A stretch of 64,000 bases of DNA, taken from contig NC_042998.1 of assembly GCF_006345805.1 (NCBI RefSeq), positions 84,506,001 to 84,570,000 on the forward strand. Direction: 5' to 3'. Below are positions 25,666 to 39,009 of the stretch, piece after piece. Made by a program: the position numbers and the translations under genes. The DNA comes from Octopus sinensis. Its lineage: Eukaryota. Every line of letters begins with the position of its first letter. Position 1 is the first letter of the stretch. The notes under the pieces were generated by a model. That model saw only the letters and a list, made by a program, of their open reading frames with translations. It did no database searches and was not told the origin of the DNA.

Positions 25666-26409
25666 CATGATTCTCAAACAGGTTAGATCAATCATGGTGT
25701 AGATATTTTTGCATTAGAAACATGCATTATCTAAGGTACTGAATGAACCTAAATTGTAGTTTGACATGTTGCAGTAGTGGTATTCATACCCCTCAAATAC
25801 CAACTAAAACAAAATCAGCAGAAGGATTGATATTAGTGCCCCAGCATCATTATAGCTTGCTTGTTGGAACCAGTAAAAAGATTATACATACATGCATACA
25901 TACCTCATTGTCTAAACATTCACTTTTCCATGCTTCAATGAGTCAGATAGAATTTGAGGGGCAGATTTTCTACAGCCAGCTACCTTTCTATCACCAACTC
26001 ATACCCATTTCCAAGCAAGGTAACACTTCCCAGGCTCAGCCATGTTCTCATAGAAGAATGAAAGCAAAAGAAACCACTTGTATGGCAGTGACACTCGTTT
26101 GCAACTATCATGCAATATACAGGCAAGTGAACAGTAACACACACATAACAAGTTTCTTTCAATTTCCATTTACCAAATCCACTTTCAAGGCTTTGGTTGG
26201 CCCATGGCTATAGTAATAGACATTTATCTAAAGAGTCACCCAGTGGGACTGAACACAACATCATGTGGTTGGGAAGCAAACTTCTCATCACAGCTATGCC
26301 TGCTTAAACCATCAATTCTCTATACTCAAAACTATTCCCTCAGATTTACTACTACTTACCTACCTACCTATCAAGCATTCACAAAGGAAGACAGACAGAC
26401 AGACTGACT

Positions 26410-26572
26410 ATTTGAAGACAATGGAAATATTTACAAAAATTTTAATTTTTTTTTCTCCAATTTAATTGTTTTTCTTATTTTACTCTTAGTTGAACAAGTC
26501 TAAAAGTCAGAAACCAGTACTAAAATGTACTACATGATAAAATTATTTTAGCATTTTCTACCTTGTCTTATA
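26410..26572 (+). mobile_element. solo degenerate Penelope pseudo-LTR fragment
   Basis: Similar to 57735-57895 (TTTAATTGTTTT...GAAACCAGTACT...ATAAAATTATTTTAGCATTTTCTACCTTG). Confidence 0.7.
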
Positions 26573-26591
26573 TTATATATATATATATATA

Positions 26592-26925
26592 TCATCATCA
26601 TCATCATCGTTTAACGTCTGCTTTCCATGCTAGCATGGGCTGGACAATTTGACTGAGGATTGGCGAACCAGATGGCTGCACCAGGCTCCAATCTGACATG
26701 GCAGAGTTTCTACAGCTGGATGCCCTTCCTAACGCCAACCACTCCGAGAGTGTAGTGGATGCATTTACGGCACAAGGGTAGTCAGGCAGTACTGGCAACG
26801 GCCACATTCAAATGGTGTTTTTTACATTCCACCTGCACAGGAGCCAGTCCAGTGGCACAGGCAACAACCTCGCTTGAAATTTTTTTCATGTGTCACCAGC
26901 ACAAGCACCAGTAAGGTAACGCTGG
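26592..26925 (-). mobile_element. RTE-LINE 3' UTR/tail
   Basis: (CAT)n CGTTTAACGTCTGCTTTCCATGCTAGCATGGG; near reverse complement of 48990-49375. Confidence 0.88.
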
Positions 26926-28079
26926 TTATATATATATATATATATATATTATAAAGTGTGTCAGTATTATTAGCATTGAAGTGAGCAGACTAAAAGAAAT
27001 GCTAGACCTTATAATATTTAATCAGTAACTAGCATGGTTTTATAGCAAGAATATCTATTAAATCACTACAAAACTGTAACAAGTCAGTTTCCTATAAGAT
27101 AAATATAAAAGATAACAAAAAGAATGACATGAAACAGTAGTTATGATTCAGCAGTAAAAAAAAATACAGTTTCATATACAAGCACACTGTCACAAATTTT
27201 TGAGAGATGGGTATAGTTAATTATATCCTCTACCAGCACTTGACTTGTACTCAATTTATTGACCTGCCAGAGTGATTAAAAGGCAAAGTTAACTCCAGCA
27301 GGATTTGAACTAACAACTTGAACAGAACTAAAATACCAAAAGACATTTTGTCTATGACACTGGACAGTTTTGCCAATCCAACACCATGAATAATACAATA
27401 CTTAAAAATTGTAATACTAAGAGCTATTATTCCGCCCAAGTTGATGACTCACTAAACAGTCTATTGTTAGGCGGGAAATCAAGAAGTTTCTATGATAGCA
27501 GTTAATATGATAAGCACGACAAAAGTGACAAGCTGGCAGAATAGTTAACTTACTGGACAAAATGCTTAGCGGTATATCTTCCAGCTCTTTACATTCTGAG
27601 TGCAAAAGCTGAAATAAGCTTTGCTTTTCAGCCTTTCGAGGTGGATAAGCTAAGTAGCAGTTCAGCATGGGAGTTCATGTAATTGGCTTCCACCTTCCCT
27701 TGAAATTGCTGGCCCTGGGTTGGAATTACCAAGAATATAATAATAAATGCAAGTGAATTCAGTGAACAGTTCAGAAGTTTAATAAATTGGTTTGCTGTGA
27801 GGAATTCTTTAAGGTTTCAAGAAGTGAACTTCTGAGAGTATGTCTGTTCATGGCTACACAGGCACTTCAAGCAAAAAATTAGTGAAAGGATGGTACATGT
27901 TATCAAACATATTCACTCATTAGTTATGGCTTGCCATACTGTATTTTAGAACCATCAGGCATGCAGTGAATCTAATGAATCCAAGTGAAGCATAAGAACA
28001 ATAACCCCAGGTGCAGGCATGGCTGTTTGGTTAAGTTTTTCCTGTCAGATTGGGAATTTTAAAATAATTAAGCCTGCTT

Positions 28080-28340
28080 CCCCGATGAAGATTGGCATGC
28101 AAGAGTCTTGTGCTGGTACCAAGTAGTAAGCACTCGTGCCAGTGTTGCGTAAGAGCACTTGCATGGTGCTACATAAAAAGGACTCAACACACTTTGTAAA
28201 GTGGTTGGCATTAGGAAGGGTATCCAGCCATAGAAACCAAGCCAAAGCAGACTGGAGACTGGTCCAGCTCTCCAGCTTGCCAGCTCTGGTCAAACTGTCC
28301 AACCCATGCCAGCATGGAGAATGGACGTTGAATGATGAGA
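28080..28340 (+). mobile_element. RTE-related 3' tail element
   Basis: GTGGTTGGCATTAGGAAGGGTATCCAGCC...CCATGCCAGCATGGAGAATGGACGTTGAATGATGA. Confidence 0.8.
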
Positions 28341-28354
28341 GTTATTTTTTTTAG

Positions 28355-28712
28355 TTTTTATTACTTGTTTCAGTCATTGCGGTCATGCTGGAGCACCACC
28401 TTTATTTAGTTGAACAAATCAATCCCAGGACTTATTCTTTGTGAGCCTAGCACTTATTCTATTGGCCTCTTTTGCTGAACTACTAAGTTACAGGGACAAA
28501 AACACACCAACATCAGTTGTCACATGACAGTGGGGAGACACACACACACACAATGGGTTTCCTTCAGTTTTCGTCTACCAAATCCACTCACAAGGCTTTG
28601 GTTGGCCTGAGGTTATAGTAGAAAACATTTGCCCAAGGTTCCATGCAGTGGGACTGAACCCAGACCATGTGGTTGGGAAGCAATTTTCTTACCACACAGC
28701 CACTCCTGTGCC
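28355..28712 (-). mobile_element. SINE family A, full length
   Basis: Collinear with 571-997. Confidence 0.88.
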
Positions 28713-28754
28713 ATTATATTCAAAATTCATGATTTTTTTTTTTTAGAATCAGCA

Positions 28755-29215
28755 CAAGCATGGTTAAGAAGTGGTTAAGAAGTTCACTTTGCAGCCACAT
28801 AGTGCCAGGTTCAGTCTCACTGTGCAGCACCTTAGGCAAGTGTCTTGTCCAGCCTAAGGACAAGCAATACTTTGTGAATTGTTGGCAGACATGATATAAT
28901 AGAAGCCTGCTATGTGTATGTTTTTGTGTACACACACATACATACATACATGCCCACACATATACACATGTATACAGACACATACACACGTTTGTGCATG
29001 CATGTTGGTATTTGTTTCAATGCTTAACAACCAGTGGTGATTAGTTCACATTCCCACTAAAGCAGCAGTTTAGCAAAAAAGAAATAGAAGAAACAAGCTT
29101 AAAAAAAGATACGAAAAGGGAATAATAACCAGGGTCAATTTGAATGACTACACCCTTCAAAGTGGTACCCCAGCATGGTTACAATCCTAGGATTGAAACA
29201 AGTAAAAGAATAAAA
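28755..29215 (+). mobile_element. SINE family A, old copy
   Basis: Head GGTTCAGTCTCACTGTGCAGCACCTTAGGCAAGTG and tail GATTGAAACAAGTAAAAGA. Confidence 0.7.
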
Positions 29216-30225
29216 CTGTGTGTGTGTGCATAAAATTAAAATATTATATATGTGATTAATAATGTTTACACATACACACACACACGCATGCAATACAATA
29301 ATGGCAAACACAACAGTGATAAGATCCCAGTGAACTAAAACATCTACACAAGATTTGATTGGCTATTGAGACATCCCACCTCACTCCTATATATCTATCA
29401 TTTTCACTCTTGTATTTGGCAAACTTGTAGTGACTTAAATCTTTTTAACACCAAATTGTTCATAAATACAACATATGTGTGAGACTATTGATATTTAATA
29501 ACAAAATGTTTATCACAGTATGAATGAAAAAGTTCTGTAAACTATCTTTCAGCCACAAATCCACTAGACTGGTATAAACTATCCTTCACCAGATTATTGT
29601 TGATTTATTACTGCCATTACCAAATTTGTAGTACCATAGCCATGGCTTCATATTACTAAAAAATATATCTTGGTTTCACTAAGAGTGCTGAAAAACAACA
29701 ATAAAAACAATTCAAGTGCTAAAAGCAGCTTCTGCTATCTAGAAGATCCAAGCAAACAACTTTAAACTATTACCACCTTCTTTTTATATGTGTTGTTATA
29801 ACAGTTTTCTTGACATCGTACATCAAGAATGTGATAAATCTGACAATGTCTGCTGCATATATTATTGATTTCCTATGTAGACACAAAATGACATACACCT
29901 CTATGAATATGTTTAATATAAAACAGGCTTAATTGTCTCACAAGAAACAGCCACACACACACACACACACACAGACACAACAGGTTTCTGCACACACACA
30001 ACAGGTTTCTGCATAGTTTCCATCTACCTAATTTACTTACAATGTATTAGTTAGCCTGGGGTTATAAAAGAAGACATTTGCTCAAGGTGCTGCACAGTGA
30101 GATTGAAACTCAAATAGTAGGCTTGCAAAGCATACTTCTTAACTATATGACCATGCATGTACTTACTTATAAGAAAATCAAATTTAGATAATTTAAAGCT
30201 TGGATGGTGCACAGGTTTAGCCCAC

Positions 30226-30407
30226 TTTTAATCCATGTGTAATGTGATTACATTTATAGAGGCCACAATGCATTGCTTTTCCCCCTGGAGAAAGGAGGGC
30301 TGTGATATAGTCAAGACAGCTGTGGTGTGGTTCATGACTTTCACAAAGTATGAAAATGGTGACGTATATATAATGACAATAACTACATTTTAAGGATCGA
30401 TACCACA
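30226..30407 (-). CDS. candidate internal exon (WYRSLKCSYCHYIYVTIFILCESHEPHHSCLDYITALLSPGGKAMHCGLYKCNHITHGLK)
   Basis: Good acceptor ctgtttgttgcag|TG, open frame; donor uncertain (AAA|gtgggc gives phase 0). Confidence 0.35.
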
Positions 30408-30651
30408 CTGCAACAAACAGACATCTATAGTAAAGAAAGCTGTTTATTTCTTAGTTTGGAATATGTAACTTTTACTAAAAAAAAAAAAAAAAAAAAGCAA
30501 TTATTAAAGTCTACCACTAACTAGAAAATTCTGATAGGGTTTTTAATTAAGATGTGATTTTCAGTTTTTTTTTGTTTTTTTTTCATTGAAGATTTCAACA
30601 AAAACATTTGATCACAAAACTAATTTTTATTCACTGTAACGTAGTCATCTT

Positions 30652-31037
30652 CCTGGCTGTGTGGTAAGTAGCTTGCTTACCAACCACATGGTTCCAGGCT
30701 CAGTCCCACTGCGTGGCACCTTGGGCAAGTCTACTATAGCCTTGGGCCGACCAAAGCCTTGTGAGTGGATTTGATAGACAGAAACTGAAAGAAGCCCGTC
30801 GTATATATGTATGTGTGTGTATATGTTTGTGTGTCTGTGTTTGTCCCCCCCCCCCAACATCACTTGACAACTGATGCTGGTGTGTTTATGTCCCCGTAAC
30901 TTAGCGGTTCGGCAAAAGAAATTGATAGAATAAGTACTAGGCTTACAAAGAATAAGTCCTAATGTCAATTTGCTCAACTAAAATCATAATGGTGCTCCAG
31001 CATGGCTGCAGTCAAATGACTGAAACAAGTAAAGAGT
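30652..31037 (+). mobile_element. SINE family A, near full length, young
   Basis: Close to the family consensus. Confidence 0.9.
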
Positions 31038-31369
31038 ATGCATAAGTTTAATCCAGCATGAACCAAATTATGTTGGTTCCAGTATCCTTTCATATTTGTT
31101 GGATGTTGTTGAAGAAAGAGAAAGTTGAATATGAAAAACGGTTTTAATTTACTTCAGTTATACCAAATATATACAAATAAATATGTAACAAAATAATTTA
31201 TGTTCATATTTGATAAAAAGAAAATGTAAAGTCAAACAGATCTCATTGATATATTTAAATTCTAATTTGAGTAAATCAACATTGTTTCTTTATTGCAAAC
31301 ACACTGATTCCTGTTATCCACATATTAATAGTGTCCTACACACATGGCTGTGCCATTATCCTGCCAAGT

Positions 31370-31622
31370 CAGTGGTTCTCAACTGGGATCCACATGGCCC
31401 TTGGGAGTCCACTTAAGATTTTGCTGTTAATATTTATGTGCAATAAATTACTTATACTTCTACAATACACAGAATATTTAAAATATTTTTATACAATTTC
31501 TAATAATATCTAATTATAAAGATATAATGGAAATGTTTTAAACATTGAATGTTTATTAGGGTCCAGCAGAATATAATAGGAATCAAAGGGGCCTACAGGC
31601 AAAAAATGGTTGAGAGCCACTA
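31370..31622. mobile_element. hAT-like MITE (older)
   Basis: TIR CAGTGGTTCTCAAC / GTTGAGAGCCACTA; TSD degraded. Confidence 0.7.
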
Positions 31623-32452
31623 TGTTAAAATAAAACATAGATGTCATCACTAAATTAAATGTACCAACAGCTAAAAGAGAATTGGTAAGCATTCTCTAGC
31701 AGAATATCAGGAAGCTTCTTGACCTCCTTTCTTGACATAGATTTACAGAGTTGCAGATTCATAAACTGTCCCTCAGTCATTGCTGTAGCTATTAAAAAAA
31801 CTTTGGTTTTTTTTTTTTATGATTATTGTTGTCTGGACCAAAGACCACCCTGATGATCATGGCTAGAAATGTATTCGAGCTATGATCATCCCAACTTTTT
31901 ATCCGGACAATGTATCTGGAAGCACACCATCTTTTAAAATAGTAGATTGTGATTCAACAGAAATTTCGCTATTATTTCTAGTAGACTGAGAAGCCATGTA
32001 GAGGGTTTCTTGTTAGCAATTATTCTAGAATAGTTATCCTTTTTGTCTTCATTTGTTCATGTAGTCCTCATATTTAAAAAGAAAAACAATATAATATTTT
32101 AAAAACAAAAGAAAGGTTGTGAAAGATATATCTAAAAACTGTGTCACTACTTTTACTGGTTCCAGTCACTTGACTGCATCTAAACTGGAACATGCCTCCA
32201 AGGGTTTTACTTGGTAACAACAACCCCAATACTTTAGTCTAATGCTTATTTTATAAAATCATTAAGTATAGGCACAAGCATGACTATACAGTTAAGATGT
32301 TTACTCTGCAACCCTCTGCTTTCTAGTTCATTTTCATTGCATAGCACTTTGGGCAAGTATCAGATTATAGCCCTGGGTAAACTAATGTTTTGCTTGAGAA
32401 TTTGGTAGAAAGAAACTGTAGGGATACCTGTCATATATATATATATATATAT

Positions 32453-32903
32453 ATCAATATTTCTCAATCTCTCTAAAGGAGACTATGGCGCCGGTACTGG
32501 ATATTAATAGTTATCGCCAAGCTAACATGGCAGACCACGAAAATAGGACGAATGCTGCCGTTGATTAGCTCCAAGAGGCCATCGCCTCTAGCTAGCTAGG
32601 TGACACATAAAACCTGTGTCCATTATAACCTTCAAACAGAGGTCAGCAGCTTCCCTTTGCAGGGTAGGCATCCACAGACTAGTTTCAGGGTAGTTGCCCC
32701 TTATCAATGTGCTGACTGTCTGTTCGAAGGATTATTTACCAAAATTCAGTGGAATACATCCACTGGTTTTAGAAAATAGAAACATCAATATTTCTAAATC
32801 TCTCAGACACAGGTTTGTGTGTCACATAGCTAGCTAGAGGCGATGGCCTCTTGAAGTTAATCAATTGGACTGCCATGTTAGTTTGGCGAATAACTATTAA
32901 TAT
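32453..32903 (-). mobile_element. retrozyme/Penelope-pLTR-like element: 331-bp unit plus an inverted partial copy
   Basis: 21-bp direct repeat at 32453 and 32784; inverted arms 32501-32620 / 32806-32903; internal hammerhead. Confidence 0.7.
32673..32711 (-). ncRNA. minimal type I hammerhead ribozyme, U3-A8 core variant
   Basis: Minus strand: CACA-TTGATAA-GGGG-CAACTA-CCCT-GAAA-CTAG-TC-TGTG; stems I, II and III all pair; GUC triplet. Confidence 0.8.
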
Positions 32904-32909
32904 GTGTGC

Positions 32910-32967
<58 letters not shown>

Positions 32968-32971
<4 letters not shown>

Positions 32972-33215
32972 CACCATCATCAACATCTGTTGTCCATGCT
33001 GGCATAGGTTGGACGGTTTGACTGGGCTAGCCTGCTGCACCAGACTCCAGTCTGATTTGGCATGGTTTTCTATGACTGGATGCCCTTCTTAATGCCAACT
33101 GCTCAGAGTGTGTAATGGGTGCTCTTTAGTGCCACCAGCATAGCTGCCATTTGCATGACACTGGTATCTACCACAACTGTGATTTTGCTCAGCTTGATGG
33201 GTCTTCCCCTCAGAA
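32968..33215 (-). mobile_element. RTE-LINE 3' UTR/tail
   Basis: Shared tail sequence. Confidence 0.8.
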
Positions 33216-33755
33216 AATGGGGAAGGTCAATTTATGGGATTACCCTAGGTTTCCTGTCCCTAAAGGATTTAGCTTTATGGTGTATCGCCAGATCCCAAGA
33301 CCCTTTATGGATGGGAAACCTCAGGTGTGTTTATGACCCGTAATTTAGCAGTTTGGCAAAAGAGACCGATAGAATAAGTACTAGGCTTACAAAGAATAAA
33401 TCCTGGGGTTGATTTGCTTGACTAAAGGTGATGCTCCAGCACGGCCACAGTCAAATGACTGAAACAAGTAAAAGAATAAAAGTGTGTGTGAGTGTGAATG
33501 GCTATATAAAATGAATATAAAAGGGACATAAAACATAACATTTAAAAAAATATAATGAAAAGGTAATAAAAATATTGACTGCAATAAAATAGAGAGAATG
33601 AGATAACAAAGGAGCTAATAAAATGAGAGAAACAGATGAAAGAACTGACTGTAAATGAAATAACAAATGAGCTAATAAAATAAAATGAGGTGTTAATGGA
33701 ATGAAAAATATTAGAATGAAAGGGGAAAAAAATATTAGGTAAAGTACTTGCTCAC

Positions 33756-33792
33756 CCTGAATTTCAAAAGCTTGACATACTCTGCATGATAA
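33756..33792 (-). CDS. candidate short internal exon (LSCRVCQAFEIQ, or YHAEYVKLLKFR in another frame)
   Basis: cacctcccactag|...AGG|gtgagc, 37 nt; phase 0-1 links the 38936 and 30407 exons. Confidence 0.3.
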
Positions 33793-34642
33793 CTAGTGGG
33801 AGGTGGGGAGGAGTATATTTGACAATTCAACAATATGGGTAAAAATGTGTCGATGAAATATCCATATAGAAGAATTTAGTGTTAGAAGCAACAAAGTTGA
33901 TTTCAATTCAATATCTTTCTTCTTAGAACAAAAAACAAACAAAAAAAAACAATACTACAAAAACAGTTACATTGTGGTCGTTGCAAGAACCCCTTAAAAC
34001 TTACTGAGATATTCACATTTTACGTTTTATTATCATTACATATCAATTTCAAATTCTAGCACAAGGCCAGCAATTTCAGGGGCAAGTGTAAGATGATTAC
34101 ATCAACCCCAGAGTTCATCTAGTACTTATTTTATTAACCTCAAAAGGATGAAAAGCAAAGGTGACTTTGGCAGAATTTGAACTCAGAACAATGACAGAGA
34201 AAATGCCCAGCAAGCTAACGATTCTGCTACTAACATTATATATTAATTACTAACATTAAATATTACTGCCTTACTAACATTATATATTTATTACTAAAGC
34301 ATTTCCTTATTGTACATGTACCACGTGGTTGCCAGTCTGCTATAACTAAAAAGAAGACAAGTGAATATAAGTGTTTATAGATGCAGGCAAAGCTGCATGG
34401 CTAAAATGTTTGTTTCACATTCACATGGTTTAGTCCCCACTACACTGTATTTTAGGCATATGTCTTTGACTATAACCTTGAGCTGACTAGAGTGTTGTGA
34501 GTAACTTTGGTAGCTGAAAGCTGATAGAAGCCAATTGCATTTATGCACGTGTGCGCACATTCATGCATGCATTCATATCTCCTTATCTTGACATTAAGCA
34601 CTAATTGCAAACAAATGTCACCATCATACAAGCATTATCATT

Positions 34643-34997
34643 TACTCTTTTACTTGTTTCATTCATTTGACTGTGGCCATGTTTGAGCACTGCCTTTTAG
34701 TCAAAGAAATCGACCCCAGGACATTCTTTGTAAGCTTGGTACTTATTCTATCGGTCTTGTTTGCCGAACCACTAAGTTACAGGGACACAAGCATACCAAC
34801 ATCAGTTGTCAGGCGATGGTGATGGACACACACACACATAATGGGATTCTTTCAGTTTCCGTCTACCAAATCCACTCACAAGGCTTTGGTTGACCTGAGG
34901 ATATAGTAAAAGACACTTGCCTAAAGTGTCACGCAATGAGACTGAACCCAGAACCATGTGGTTGAGAAGCAAGCTTCTTATCACACAGCCACTCCTG
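34643..34997 (-). mobile_element. SINE family A nested in an older SINE
   Basis: Full-length copy; the flanks (34378-34640 and 35020-35190) form an older A-head/RTE-tail SINE. Confidence 0.85.
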
Positions 34998-35522
34998 GGC
35001 CAATTTGTTTGCACTCGTTTATGCAATCGTGTCTAATCATTGCTCTGTCTGTGAAGAACTTGGTGAAATATTACTCATTTGGAAACAAGTGAGGGTTGGC
35101 AACAAAAAGGTTGACCATAGAAAATCTGCCTCAAAAAATTTCACTAGATCCATGCCAGCATGAAGAACTAGATGTTAATGCAATGTTGCTGCTGATTGTT
35201 TTAAATGGCTAACATGAATCTTATGCAACGTACTTGTTTCTATTTCAGTATGACTTTAAGCACAAATATATTGTGAGAAACAAATAAAATGGTTTCTTTT
35301 ATGTTTTTAAAGATAAAAGATTTATAAAATAATAGAATTTTACATATGCACACTCATGCATGCGTATGTATGCAATCAGAGAGATGTTCAGTGTAGGAAA
35401 TATATACAATTACTGTGAAGAAATCTGAATTAGAGAGAGAGATAAATGAAAGAAAAAGGGAGAAAAACAAAGGGCGGTGTGAGAGTTAAAGATAGGAGAG
35501 GGGGAAAAGAGAGAAACAATAT

Positions 35523-35985
35523 GAGGGTAAGAGAGAATAGAGAGAAAGGGTAAGAGAGAATAGAGAGAAAGGGTAAGAGAGAATAGAGAGAAAGGGTAAG
35601 AGAGAATAGAGAGAAAGGGTAAGAGAGAATAGAGAGAAAGGGTAAGAGAGAATAGAAAGGAAGGGTAAGAGAGAATAGAGAGAAAGGGTAAGAGAGAATA
35701 GAAAGGAAGGGTAAGAGAGAATAGAAAGGAAGGGTAAGAGAGAATAGAAAGAAAGGAAGGGTAAGAGAGAATAGAAAGAGAGAATAGAAAGAGAGAAAGG
35801 GTAGGAGAGAAAAGGTAAGAGAGAATAGAAAGAAAGAAAGGGTAAGACAGAAGAGAAGGAGAGGGTAAGACAGAGAAGAGAAAGAGAGGGTAAGGCAGAA
35901 AGAATAGAAAGAAAGTGAGGGTAAGGCAGAAAGAATAGAAAGAAAGTGAGGGTAAGACAGAGAGAACAGAAAGAGAGAGAGAGAG
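35523..35985. repeat. purine-rich 23-bp minisatellite (AGGGTAAGAGAGAATAGAGAGAA)n
   Basis: Seen directly; degenerates towards the right. Confidence 0.95.
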
Positions 35986-36653
35986 TGAAGTGAAAAGAGA
36001 ATCAATTAGCCAAAAAGTGACTTTAATAAATCAAAAGTTGATGTTGGCAGCAAGTTAAATCAAATTTGTGATTCTCTAGTTGCTCATTACAAAGCTTTTA
36101 ACTTAGAAAATTCTTTGAAAGTAAAACTAAATATATTCCCAAATACCAAAATTTATTTATTACAGCTTTCTTTGAAGACTGCTAACTTACTTTGTATTAA
36201 TTTCTATCAAATTACTGCATTTTTATTTATTTATTTTTGTAAAGTTTAACTTATATTTAACTACAGAACATTCAATAACCTTGAAGAAAACTGAAGAATG
36301 TTTTGCTAATATATCTTGTGTCAACAGAAGAAATATGTATAAAATATCTGTTTTATGCTATACTCTACATTACAAAAGTACATAAACAAAGCAAAGTTTT
36401 CTAAATGTCATGGAACACATTCCATCTGATTATGAGCTGCCTTTTCTTGCTTGCCCCACCACCACAACAGTATGAGACTCAAATTACTTGAAAGGGTGAC
36501 TGACCCTATAGATTTTAGTAGAGAAGATTGAGGTTGTGATAAGTATGCAGCTACACAAGGACATTATGAGCATAAATGAAGTTTTTCTAAAATAAGTGGT
36601 TTAGTGCCAGCTTAGCTTTGATTGAGAAAATCTATAATCCAATCAAAGGTATT

Positions 36654-37080
36654 TAACCTTTTTGTTACCATATTTCTGCTGAAATACACTAACTTTCAAT
36701 TAATTTTTTAAATAATGAACAGGCATGGCTATGTGGTAAGAAGCTTGCTTCCCAACCACATGGTTTCGAGTTCACTCCCACTTCTACTATAGCCTTGGGC
36801 CGATGGTAAATGTTTTTTTACTAGATGGTAAATGTTTTTCATTTCCAAATTTATTCCTGTCAAATTTTATCTGTTATTTTTGTGGTTTACAGAACCTAGC
36901 TGTTCTCTCTAGCGTGTTGAGTTCCCTATAGGTGGATTCCTTATGTGTTTAAATATACAATATATCATATGACTAATATATAGTCTTCTTGACTAATTTT
37001 TTTTGCACGTTAGACCACTGGAAATGTAAATTTTGATTGAATGTTTTAATTTTAATTAAATTCCATTTCCCTTTGACATG

Positions 37081-37129
<49 letters not shown>

Positions 37130-37488
37130 GTATATATATATGTTTGTGTTTGTTCCCTCACCATCGCTGAACAACTGATGGTGTGTTTATGTCCCCATAA
37201 CTTAGCAGTTCAGCAGAAGAAACCGATAGAACGAGTACTAGGTTTACAAAGAATATGCCATGAGGTCAATTCATTCAACTAAAGGTGGTGCTCCAGCATG
37301 GCCACAGTCAAATGACTGAAATGAGTAAAGAATAATTTAATAAAGTGATTCATTATGAACCTAGTATTTGGAACATAATTTAAACCTGAAATTTTGATGG
37401 AAGGATTTCATTTATTTCACTTTAAAACATGAAGTTTATATCATAGGCCTAAGAGCAGTCTATGATAGGTTGGTATTAGAAAGTTTAA
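36654..37488. mobile_element. piggyBac-like MITE interrupted by a family A SINE (36721-37330)
   Basis: TTAACCTTTTTGTTACCA ... TGGTATTAGAAAGTTTAA termini. Confidence 0.65.
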
Positions 37489-38169
37489 GACAAAATAAAG
37501 GAACTAAGGTTTCATCATTCAACATTTCCATCCTTTTTAAGATGGTGGTGTGAATTTTTAGGAAATTTTGCAACTACTTCTTGAACAATCAAGTAGACAC
37601 TTCTTGATTATTTTTGTAATAAATTAGAGAATCAAGCTATTGCTGGAAATTGAAATTGGATCAAAGGTTCAGCTCAAAAGGACCTTACTACCTACTTGAT
37701 AACACATCACTCACCACTGGTGGAATTACCAATAATCAGGTTATAAAATGCTTGATTCATTTAAAATTTAGTTGAAATATTCTGGCATAATTGAAACAAA
37801 GAAAAGAGTGGGAATGGAGCGGAATAGAAAGGTATGTGTATATTTAAAGCTAGAAGTGACCTGGTAGTCAGAGCAAAACAAAAATAAAATAGTTTTTCTG
37901 AAACTGAAAAATGTGGTCAAGTTAAATTTAGACAAAGTATATGATTTGATGCGTAATGTGAGCTTTTGTAGGTGTTGTATGGCTGAATGATTAAGATGTT
38001 TGCTTCTTGAACATAAGGTTCCAGGTTCAAGCCTACTACATGGCATCTTGGACAAATGCATTTTCCTATTTTTTTTGACAGCCTTGGGCTAACCTACACC
38101 TTGAGAGTGAAACTGGGTAGATGGAAATTGTAGAGAAGCCTGTCAGGTGGATTTTACTGGTAATTTAGT

Positions 38170-38490
38170 GAAGGCATGTGACTTAGTGGTTAGAGTATTT
38201 GGTTCATGATCTGAAGGTAATGAGTTCAATTCCTTGTGGTACATTATGTCCTTGAGCAAGTTACTTTATTTCACATTGCTCCAGTTCACTCAGCAGGCAA
38301 AAACGAGTAGTATCTGTATTTTAAAGGATTGGGTTTGTCACATCTTGTGTCACACTGAATCTTCAAGAGAACTACATTAAGAGTATGTGTGTTCGTGGAT
38401 TAATCAGCCACTTGCTTGTTAACTTCACAAGCAGGTTGTTCTGTTGATTGGATCAACCGAACTCCTTGTCATTACCAACAAGTGCCAGTT
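38170..38490 (+). mobile_element. tRNA-derived SINE family C
   Basis: GGCATGTGACTTAGTGGTTAGAG...GAGTTCAATTCC head; its 3' part is repeated at about 38515-38650. Confidence 0.65.
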
Positions 38491-38935
38491 TACTTGTAAT
38501 TCATAAGATATAGAATCGTCACATTGCGTCATGCAGATTCTACCTGAGAATTACATTAAGAGCACACGTCTGTGGGATGACCAGCCACTTACATGTTAAT
38601 TCAGGAGAAGGTAACTCAATAGATCAAACAACTGAATTCTCACCACTGAATAACTGAGATCTGCTTCCAATGTGAACTTTCAAAACAGATCAAGTGTCAA
38701 CAAATTCACTGCTGAAATGACAGAAGACTGAACAAATATGAACTTGTTATAATAATGAATGATATCTGTTGGCTGTAAATTTGCATGAAACTAACAAATG
38801 ATAATTAGGATGGGAAACAGAAGACTAAAAAACACAGTTATTATAATGATTGTATTTAGATATCCCATAGAGTTATGATACTTAGTATAATGATTTGCAT
38901 TGCTATAATAAAATCTATAAATACAAACTACTTAC

Positions 38936-39009
38936 CAAGTTGTTTGATATGAGGAATATATGTTCATTTAATGATTCAGTTATTTGAAGATTCATCTCAA
39001 ATATCTTTA
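38936..39009 (-). CDS. candidate internal exon (KIFEMNLQITESLNEHIFLISNNL)
   Basis: cttgttaattag|TA...TTG|gtaagt (consensus donor), 74 nt, phase 1-0, open. Confidence 0.5.

Noticed and set aside
35430-36005. 191-aa Leu/Ser/Phe-rich ORF
   Set aside because: Translation of the purine minisatellite
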